A DNA stretch of 64,000 nucleotides from Proteromonas lacertae (lineage: Eukaryota), in NCBI GenBank assembly GCA_002245135.1, contig NGBS01001160.1:62001-126000 (forward strand). The letters run 5' to 3'. Positions 53,742 through 64,000 of this stretch are shown here, piece after piece. Position numbers and translations under genes: made by a program. Below the pieces are notes generated by a model that saw only the letters and a program-made list of their open reading frames with translations, was not told where the DNA came from and made no database searches. Every line of letters starts with the position of its first letter. The first letter of the stretch is position 1.

Positions 53742-53986
53742 GCTAATTCATAATAATAAAAGTCCACCAAAATTATTGTATTATTTTGTTGGGATTTAGT
53801 TGAAATAAAACAACAGAATTATAAACGTTCAGATTATCATCAATCTGTTTGAATTTGTCACATTCATTCATTATCTAATTGATTTAACATCTGTTGCATA
53901 TTAGAATATTCATTAATCGCTTTGTTCAATCTTGGAATTTTTACACTGTTTTTTGAATTTTTTAATTTTTTATCGTTTGATTACAT

Positions 53987-54878
53987 ATGCCAGTGAATTT
54001 ACAAGACGCTTCTGAGTCCACTAGTGTTCCAAACAGTAGCACAGGAAGGTTGATGTATTATATTAACTGTATAGACGGTCTAATTGGCTTATCTAATGAA
54101 GTACCAGAAATTAAACCTTTTACTGAATATAAAAAGAATCCTAAACTTTCATTAGGTTCTAAAAAAGCATTATTGGTGTTAGTTATTTTATTAAATCCTG
54201 ATAATTTAGAAGGCAAGTGTATATTGGAAAAAGAAGATATGTGTGGAGATAGAAACAATGTATTTATAAATATCAACGATATTCAACCAGGATTAATCAA
54301 AACAAGGTGATGTTATATATCAAGGAATAAGAGTCAGAACAAAAACAGTTATGGTTTATCGTAAAATTTGGATAATTAAGAACTACATTGAACCAGCTAC
54401 TAGTTTAATTGAAGAAATAGACGAAGAATTGAAAAGATTAGATGAAGCAGAAAGAAAAAGGCAAGAAGAAATAGCAAAACAGGAAGAACTGAAATTAAGA
54501 ATTCAAAAAGAGGAAGAAGAAAAAGTTGAGAATGAAAGGATCAAAAGAATAATGGAAATGAATAGACAAAAATATTGGATGGAACAGTCAAGAAGAATAC
54601 AAGAAGAAAACATGAGACGTGATTGTTATTTTAGACAACAACAACAAATAGAATATCAAAGCCGTCTAAAACAACAAAATGAGAACGAACTGAAAAGACA
54701 AGCATTGATGAGTAGCATAGCAGAATTAGAAGCAAAACAACAGAGATCAAATGATGAAGCAGAAAGAAGAAGAATTATTGAAGAAATTAGAAGACAAAGA
54801 TTTACTCTAGAACATATGAATGATCCCCCTACACCTCCACCAGAACCTGATGATAAGAGTTGTTGTTCTATTTTTTAG
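53987..54878 (+). CDS. Unknown coiled-coil protein with C-terminal CaaX (SCCSIF); frame break(s)
   Basis: E/R/Q-rich coiled coil, Pro linker, DDKSCCSIF*; +1 break at ~54300. Confidence 0.55.
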
Positions 54879-55069
54879 TTATTTATATTTTTAGATAAAC
54901 TGTAAAAAGTACAGTATTAAATTTTATATGGTAATGTTTGATAGTATTGTTTATGAATCTAATGGACATAAATAATGTACAGAATTTTATATATTAGAGT
55001 GTAAAAATATTGTATTATTGTCAAACTATTTCAAGCTTTTTGTTTTAAATTAAGTGAACTTTTTATATA

Positions 55070-55747
55070 ATGAACACACAGAGCAATTATTCTCATGAAA
55101 CACCTTTTCCAATACCATTTAATGAAATTGAAAATCATAAAGGTCCAACGAAAGAATCATTTTGGATTGTAAAGGATAAAGTGCTATGCGGTCCATATCC
55201 AGGTGCAATAGATGATAAAGTGCATATTGCATATCTTGGTACCCTCCTTACGAAAGGATGTTCCACATTTGTGTGTTTATGTAAAGAAATTAATCCAATG
55301 AATAGCGATAATACACATGAAAATGGTCTTAGACCATATTATGATATTGCTAAAAAAATATATGAAGATCGACACTTTTGGGAAGGTGAGAAATATCATA
55401 AACCAGTCAAACTTGATGTGTTATATTTTCCTATGGAAAGTTATGCAAAATATAAAAGTAATGATGATTTATATGATTTTTGTTTAAAATTAGTAAAGAG
55501 AGTGAAAGATAACGACTGTTTATATATTCATAGTATTGATGGTAATAATAGGGCAGTTTTTATATCAACAATTGTGCTAATGCTCCTAAATAACTATGAT
55601 GCAGTTAATTCAATCGAAGTTGTTAAGGATTTTTATTCACAAAGATCTGAACGAAAGAAGGGAGGAGATTTACTCACTAACGAACAAATCGAACAAATAA
55701 AAGCTATACGTTCAGTGCATGACAAATCAAATAAAAGAAATAGATAG
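55070..55747 (+). CDS. Dual-specificity/PTP-like phosphatase fold with Cys-to-Ser (pseudophosphatase)
   Basis: FWIV...LCGPYPG, FVCLC, YFPM, LYIHSIDGNNR, T.EQ.EQI. Confidence 0.7.
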   Translation: MNTQSNYSHETPFPIPFNEIENHKGPTKESFWIVKDKVLCGPYPGAIDDKVHIAYLGTLLTKGCSTFVCLCKEINPMNSDNTHENGLRPYYDIAKKIYEDRHFWEGEKYHKPVKLDVLYFPMESYAKYKSNDDLYDFCLKLVKRVKDNDCLYIHSIDGNNRAVFISTIVLMLLNNYDAVNSIEVVKDFYSQRSERKKGGDLLTNEQIEQIKAIRSVHDKSNKRNR

Positions 55748-55919
55748 AATTGATATATACGTGGATATTATATTTGTAATATTTAATAACAATAAAAAAA
55801 ATGATAATTAACAGTCAAATAATAATAATAATAATAATAATGTTTATAATTTTTAATAACTATATATTTTTTTATTTTTTTTTGTTAATTTACACAATAG
55901 TCATAATACTTTCTTTTTT

Positions 55920-57697
55920 TTACACAATACTTTCGTGTAGTGATAATATATAATCTTGTAAAACAGTTATTATTTGTTCAGTAATCAATCTATCTTTTGC
56001 TAATACAATCCATTCTTTTGCACCAACACCAGCAGTAGAAGATAATTCTTCTAATTCACCAACAGCTTTTTCAATACATCCTCTAAATATATATAATTAA
56101 TATATATATATATATATATATACTCATTTAGATAATTTTCTGATCTTTTCAATATAGCTAATGTTGTTTTACCTCTTTGTACTTCTAATGATCTTGTTTT
56201 TGGTTTTATTAATAGTTTTGAAGTTATTCTTCCCAACAATTCACCACCAAAGCCACTATTAGGTGGAATATATTGTAATGTGAGACAGACATTCTTCAAG
56301 TCATTGAAATCGTGATATAATTGAGATTTCGTTGGTATTCCTATTTCAATCACTGATGATGGTAAGTGAGATAACAATTGAATAATATATGGATCTTTAC
56401 TTCCCAATTTCTTCTATATTGAATATATATATATATATTATACCACTCTTTCTAATTCATTTTTATATGATTTATTATATAATAAGCAATTAGACAAGTC
56501 ACTAACAGCTGATGATAGATTAGTTATATCAAAACAAATGGATTGGTCTTTCACTTGTTGTGATAGTATTTTATATGATACAATAATATCTCTTTCCAAG
56601 TTCTTATATTCTTCAATATCTTCCTTACACTTCTCCTGGTGTTCGTTATATTTCTTATTTTCCATTGCATTTATTGTTATTCTCCATTCTTCAATTAAGT
56701 CTTTTTCTAATTGGTATTTTTGATGTAAATATTGTTCTTGAGAGTCAGTTCCTAAGAAATTGAATGTTTTATAAACTTTCTTTCTTTCATTGGATAGTAT
56801 TAAATCAGCTTCAGCTTTATACTATATGAAAATTATAAATAAAAAAATATGTCAAAATACTTTTGCAGAAATATGATTGGTTGTTTCATTCAATAAATTA
56901 GTTTTCATTGTATTAAATTCTTCTTCATTTTCTGCAATTACTTTATTAGTTTCAGCGATTAATCTGTTTAAATATTGATCTGAAAATTCAACCAATCTTA
57001 ATGCTTGAACTTTTGTTGAATTTTGGAGTTGATAAACTAATGACTTTGCAAATTCCTTTAGTTCACTTCTACTCATACTTCTAATCCTTTGTTTAAAATC
57101 AGATATTACTGAATCAGATACTAAATTAGCAATTGCTTCATTCGACATTGCCTATTGATTTATAATACATAACAATTATACTAATCCATTAGCCATCATT
57201 TCTTTATATTGTTCCAATGCATCTTTTTGGTTTAATTCTATTGGTTGAGGATTAAGTAATTCTTGTGTTTTTGAAGCTAACTCCTTTTGTTGTCGTTTTT
57301 TAGCTTCTTCTTCTTTTGGATCTACAACTTGTTTCTTTTTATTTTCCTTTGTTTTTTGCTGCTCTTCAACACATTCTTCAATATAGTTAAATTTCTTTTC
57401 TGCAACATGAGGATATAAGTAATATTTATTTTTCATATAATCAGGATGAGTTCTATGCAATAATTGTCTCACATCCTCCCAAGTGTAGTGATCAGCTACC
57501 ATCATGCCTGCAACTGTTCCAACTCCAACAACACCAAACATTAAGGCTTTTATTGTTCTTGGCACTCGTCTTGGCTTCACTGTTGCTGTATTCTGATGTA
57601 CAGCATTTGAGACATATCTTATCTAGTATAAATAGAGAATAATGATCATATAATAAGGTTGTGATTTATATACCAATTTTGCACCTTTACGATACAT
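55920..57697 (-). CDS. IMMT: MICOS subunit Mic60 (mitofilin)
   Basis: Presequence + TM (FGVVGVGTVAG), coiled coil, mitofilin domain GIPT..QL..DF, AILKRSE.YL..G.IEKAV.ELE.L, W...AKDRL..EQ. Confidence 0.8.
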
Positions 57698-57862
57698 CAA
57701 AAAACCAAAATCAAAATTTGAACCAATCAAGCCTAAATGATTGTTTGAAAATTTATGTCCTTACATAGTATAATTGTGAATATGATATATCTTTCACAAA
57801 AACATTTTAAAATAATATTTAATTTGCTATATATGAATAATAAAAGTGATTTACTTGATAAT

Positions 57863-60800
57863 CTATTCAAGAGTAAAATAAATTGTTCTTGATTTACTGA
57901 CCAAATAGTCTTTACATTCTTTGGAGAGGATTTTAGTATCTACACAAAATATAAATGAATATTAATATACCATGAATATATAATTTCTTCAATTTTTGGA
58001 AAGATTTTAAAGTATCAGCTAAATTATACACTCCTTTTTCTGATATATCATTGTCTATAGAATGATAAATATAAATAAGACGAATAAAATACAACTAACA
58101 TCAAGTTCAGTTATTCTTTTAATTCCATTTACTCCTTCACATACTTGCATTTAAACCATCATCTCCAAAATGATTGGCTATTACAAATTACAATAAAACG
58201 AATATGTATATATATATATATATACATGAAACATCAAGAGTGCATAAACGAATCAATGGAGTCATTCCTTCAACTAATGAAGCAACACCTGAATCACCAA
58301 GTTGATTATCAAACAATATCAAATCAACTAAACTTGTCAAATGTTGAAATTCAGAAACTATAGATTCTATTCCATTGCCTGTTATTTTATTTTTACCCAA
58401 GTTCAACTCTTTTAGTTTACCACAGTATTGAAAACCCTGACCAATACATTGGATACAAATATCATCAATGTAATTATTCTTTAAAGTCAATTTCTGTAAC
58501 TTCAAGAAACACTTCAGTTTCTTAGATAAATAAGAATAATCAGTATCAGTCATTAAGTTATCAGATAAATCTAATTCAACAATATTCTGTAATGTATCAA
58601 ATGAATCACAGATTTTGATGAATGGTTCATCTTTTAAATTGTTTCTTTCCAAAGACAAAGATTTCAATTGAGGAATCCATTTGAAGAATTCAAGTATAAA
58701 ATCCAATTCTGATTATAATTCCTTTATCATTGAAATCTAATGAGAATAACTTGATAGCATGGAATATCTTATATTCAATAGAGTTAGTTTGTAACTTTAT
58801 CTTCTTCTTTATATCTTTACCTTTTTCATTAAAGAAACACAAATAAATAGCCATTATCAAATAGAAATGGTTTGGATTAGGATCTTCTTTACATACTGCA
58901 GATAATTCTGTTGTTAATATAGCTATTTCATAATAATTACTATAAAAATAAAATACTTTTATTCTCTGCAATTCCATTAAGAATATTAATATCATTAATT
59001 GGAATACCTGCATCAATTCTTGACTTTACTGCAAATGCTGTAACATCTACATATTTATTTAAAAAGACATTATATTAAATACTTTTAGGATTAAGTGATG
59101 GTAAACTAGCATGCTTTGATCCTTTACCTCCTGGTGATGCAACTGCTTGTTGTTGTTGGTCAGATTCATGAAGACTTTCAACAGTTGTACCTAATTCTTT
59201 AGCTGCTCTCTCATATGGATCTTTCAATGCAGCCATTATTGAAGCTGAATTCAATTTCATACTCTGAGCTTTACCTCTTCTACCGTCTTTCTTAATAGCT
59301 GCGATAGCTGGATTTTTCTTTGGAAATGCTGGTGGAGTATCAACAGTGTCTTTAGCAGAACTTACTACTTTTGAATTAGCTCTTTTTCTTGCTGGCGATT
59401 CTACTTCTTCTTTCTGTAATGATGATAATGATGATGTTCTTCCTCTAACTCCAGTTGGTAATTTCATTGACTGATGTTTCTTTGGTGTCTTTTTAATTGG
59501 ACTTTCATCATGAGATGCTGGTGATCTGTCGTTATCTTCACTCTTTGGCAAAGGCATTCTTTCTCTTTCTTTGTTTAATTCACTCAAATTGATTTTCTTT
59601 ATATCACTAAACGCATCTACTTTTGTAGAAGGTGAAGCAGTATCTTCGTTTGATCTATTACTAACACATTCAGGATTTGAATATTTGGCAATCATTTCTT
59701 CCAATGATAATTCTTCTTCTACATATACTTCTTTTTCCTTTTCCTTTTCTTTTTCTTTTGAACCACTTTTATTACTTTCACTATCACTGTCATTTGTACT
59801 ATCATTGGAATTAGATTTTGATATTTCACTACTCTTTAATGGGAAATGAACATCATCTACTCCATTTTCTTCTTCTTCTTCTTCTACTACTACTACTACT
59901 ACTTTTGTTGGTGTCTTTGGTGATGACTGGTTTGACTTATCAACAACTGGAGCTGATGGTATAAATGCATCTTTGTTTGATGATGATTCAACTTTGTCAA
60001 ATGGAATCATTGAATCAGCAACATCAACACTAGCTAATTCAGGATGATTTATTATCTCTATATAATATAATACAAATATATTATACGATCGACTTCATTA
60101 ACAACATCATCAATTGTCAATCTTGTTTGAGGCATAAACTGCAATAACTTTGATATTAAAGATCTCCACTTTGCATCTTGGATATTACTCAATGAGTATC
60201 GACAGTTTACAATGTTATTAAATAACATGAATAGATTATCAGCATGAAATGGTGATTTATCGGTTAGAAGATAATAAATAATACATCCTAAACTCCAAAT
60301 ATCTGAAGATTTCTGATATTCACAACCTTTTATTACCTCTGGACTGTAGTATTCATAATCTTCGTTTGGTCTCATGATGTCTTTCGCATCTAATGAATAT
60401 AGGCAATAATCTGAGAGTAAATAATGATATTCGTTGGTAATTAACACATTTGATGGCTTTAAATTGGTATGTGAAGTATCTAAATTGTTGTGTAAATCTA
60501 CTAAGCCTTGTACTATCTCGTTAATTGGATCGTTTGCTCCGAATTGAGCGAAATACTCTGTTGGTTTTATAATACCCAAAGATGTGTTGGGATAATAATC
60601 CATGGTGAAATACATAATCTGATAAGTAGTATCGTATATCACCTGGCTTTTCACAAATTTTTGATTGGTTCCCAGTATTATATAGTTCAGTTTCTGTGGT
60701 ATTAAAAAATAGTATTATACAATTTTTTCTAGAACATCACTTGATGGGTCTGATACAACATGCACTTTTAAAACTTTGTCAGTTTCTTCATCATCAAACC

Positions 60801-60980
60801 GACATATACAACTGTATCCATTGGGAGAAATTTTTAATACACGAGTTGACTATAAAAATAGAATAGGTTAAATTTCTTACTTTGCAGGTTAACTCAGTGT
60901 TTAAAGTCGACTATTATATAGATGAATATAGAATATACGAAATCATATCCTTCCCAATTGTATGGAAGGTGATTAAGCAT
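57863..60980 (-). CDS. Pseudokinase + low-complexity linker + RI-like LRR protein
   Basis: SHTNLKPSNVL, LSDYC, YYSPE, DIWSLGC; LRRs LSLERNNL, LDLSDNLM, LNLGKNKI; exons traced to TAG at 57863-57865. Confidence 0.75.
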
Positions 60981-61187
60981 GATGATCTTAGGTAAAAGGG
61001 AAATACTAAGCTTGAGATGGTTTGTGCTTTTCAGTTAGATTTTGAAACTTTATACCACAATTTATGTATGCGTTTGTGGTTTTAGCAATGCTTATACTTG
61101 ATTGAGCAAATGATAACTATTATGTCAGACAATTTTCTTTCATTCTACCTAAAATCAACAATTAAAAAACATCATATATAAGCACTA

Positions 61188-64000
61188 TCACTCCATCTCA
61201 TCATTATCTTCATCATCATTATATCCTCTTTCTCTATATTCACTTCGCTTCTTCAACAAAATATCATTCAACAACAGTCTATTCTCTTCTTTACTCTATT
61301 TTTAAAAAATAATAACAATCATTATTATAATTATACGTTAAACAAATCATTCATCTGTTCAATATATTGGTTAATAATCTCATCAGAAGATCCATTATTC
61401 TTTAATTCCATTAGTTTTCTCTATAACATTATAAATAAAATTAATAATAATTAATATATACATGATATTCTATTGCTTCATCCAACATATCAGTTTTCAT
61501 CTTCAAATCATTCTCTAGTTCAATATCTTTTTCTCTTTCTTTTTCTAAAGCTAATAATATTCCTTCAAAATCTTTCTTATTTTCTTCTCTTATTTTTTCT
61601 TCGTGTAATCGTATTTCTGTTAGTTTTCCATCTACTTTTCTTCTATAGTTGTTATACCACATCTCTTTCAACTTTTCTTTCCTTTGTTCAGTTGCTTTTT
61701 CAAATAATTGTTGTTGATATTCATGGAATTTCTTCATTTGATTTCTTTCATTTTCTAACTTTGCTTTTTCACCGCCTATTCTTTCATCATAAATACTTTT
61801 CATTTCATTACCAAATAATTGAGATTCTTCTTGTCTTAATCGTTTCATTTCTTCTATTTTCATTAAATTATCATATTTAATTAATCTTAACCTTCTTTCT
61901 CGTTCTACATCTGTTAATCCTTTCATATTTTCTAAGTCTTTCATTTCTAATTCACATTCTAATTCTTTTAGCCTTTTCTCGTTTTCTGTAATTTCTTCAT
62001 TCTCTCTTTTGGCTTGTAACATATCTCTCATCTTCATTTCAAACTCTTCATCTTCTAATTTCCATTTATCTTGTAATATTCTATATATAAAATAATAACA
62101 ATCAATTGATATAAAGAATACTCATTATTTATTGCAGTTTTTTCATTATAACTCTTTAATAACATTTCCTTTTGATGTTCATAGTCTTTATCATTCTTAT
62201 TACTAAGGTAATCATACATCTATCACAATAATAATAATATATATAATATATACTCTTTTACTTGCATCTAATATTGACTTATTAATAGCTTCTTCCTCCT
62301 GTTTCTTCTTCATATAATACTCATTCAAATCCTTACTATTATTAATCACTTTATCCATCAACTCTTTCTCACTATCTCTTTGTTTTTGCCTTCTTAAATT
62401 CTCCTGTTTTAATAATTCTTCTTGGTATAATATATTGGATAATTTCTTCTCCATTAAATCATGATCTACTTGTTCCATTTCATGTAGTCTCCTCTTCATA
62501 TCATCTTTCATTGATTGTAATTTCATGGTTTCATTCTCATCCACTGTCTTTTCTAATGATTTTAATTGTTTATATTCATTCTCTAATCTTTCAGCTTTAG
62601 CTTGTAAATCTTCCATTTGTTGTTTCTTTAACTCCATTATTACATGTTCTTCAGCTATTCTTCTCCTTTCTTCAATTTGGAAATTGATTATTCCTTGAGG
62701 ATATACATCAAATATTGGATAAATACCTGCTCTTAATGGTAAATACTTCAACACATTGAAATTATTAGGTGCAAATACAGAAACATCTGGTAAATATCTA
62801 CTACCATTATCAGCTTTAAAATATTTATCATTTATTTCATACATTAGCTTAATCAAATGATTAATATCTACTGGATTCTGTTTTTCAAAGAATTGCTGTA
62901 ATTCTTCTTTATTCAGTGTCATTATTGTATAATGATTTGCTACATTATAAGCCAATATAAAACTATCTAATAATGAATTATTAGGAAAATCACTGATTAA
63001 ATGATCCCACAATTTCAACCATTCATTTTTAGTCAATATTTCACTACATAATGATTCAAATAAAGGCCAACAATAAGTCATTGGGTTAATATCATTATCT
63101 TCATAATATTTCATTAATACTGGATCTAATATTCTCAATATATTAGCGAATCTTCCTAATACAGCTAATGGTGGATGAGGATAACTATTCAACCAATCTC
63201 CACTAAAACATAAAAATACACTAATTATTACTTCAAAGGAAGTAATTTCATCATTTACAAATAAACATATAAATGGAAATATATAATTAGGTAAATAGGA
63301 TAAGACACTTAAAGCTGGACACCACCAACTTAGACTAGATAGTAGATTAATCAGTTTACGTTTATATCTACCATTCTTCAATGGATATTGTATATTAATA
63401 TCTCTCCATGATGGATGAATGCCTTTGTCTGATAGTATTTGATATTGTCCGATATTATTAGGTAGTTGTAATAGATATCTCCATATTATACATCGATATT
63501 TCTCAGGATATTCACCATAAGTGTGTAATAAAGACAATAACTTTTGTTTGTTTAATACTAAGCCATTGTTGTTTTGTTGGATTTTATTTAAACTATTTAA
63601 TAATAATAATAATATAGATATATATATATATATACTATTGTAATGGTGGTTGAACATGATTCTTGATTTGTTCTTCATGTAAATTTGACTTTGTCCAATG
63701 TTTCTTTGCCTTTCTATCTGGATAGGCTTGAAAAGGCTCACTTTTCTTATAATTATTATTATAATTCGTTATTTCTCTTAACAGTTTTGAATCTTGTTGT
63801 ATTTTATTCTGCCTCTTTATTGTATTCTTTCTATTCTCTTTATTAATATCAGTGTTGATTATAATTATATTACCATTATCACAATAACCCAATATATGTT
63901 TATTATTCTTATCAAATATAAAATCAACTGTTGTACATTCAGTAGAAGTATATTCTGCAATAATATAACCATTATTCTTATTCGGATCAAATACAATTAT
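61188..64000 (-). CDS. TBC1D31: TBC1D31/WDR67-like (WD40-TBC-coiled coil), 5' end outside window
   Basis: LL.TYGEYPEKYR..IWRYLLQLP.N, KGIHP, LS.LSWWCP, YLP...FPF, EWLKLWDH, FQ.EERRRI. Confidence 0.85.

Noticed and set aside
63560..63741. Apparent frameshift between the two TBC1D31 ORFs
   Set aside because: A GT..AG intron restores the frame (PLQ-YLNKIQ).

Overview
Very AT-rich, gene-dense eukaryotic (protist) DNA. About 37 protein-coding genes lie on both strands, split by tiny (mostly ~26-55 nt) T/A-rich GT..AG introns, with intergenic gaps of mostly 50-350 nt. The ORF track is therefore fragmented, and the gene models below were stitched by hand. Tiny introns, compact head-to-head gene pairs, GT-rich elements just after stop codons, mitochondrial genes (PDHB, MIC60, TyrRS) and axoneme/centriole genes (SPEF2, PIERCE-like, TEX47-like, TBC1D31) suggest a Blastocystis/Proteromonas-like stramenopile; this is an inference. 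No rRNA, tRNA, CRISPR or transposon was recognised. Most notable: (1) a U12-type AT-AC intron at 24497-24550; (2) a signal-peptide-bearing OGT-like GT41 only 54 nt head-to-head from a GT61 gene; (3) a recurrent TCAAGCY element upstream of many start codons; (4) nine frame breaks (seven +1) confined to four genes, which could be long-read indel errors, decay or stop-codon frameshifting; (5) a histone 3' stem-loop; (6) two pseudokinase-LRR genes and a pseudophosphatase.
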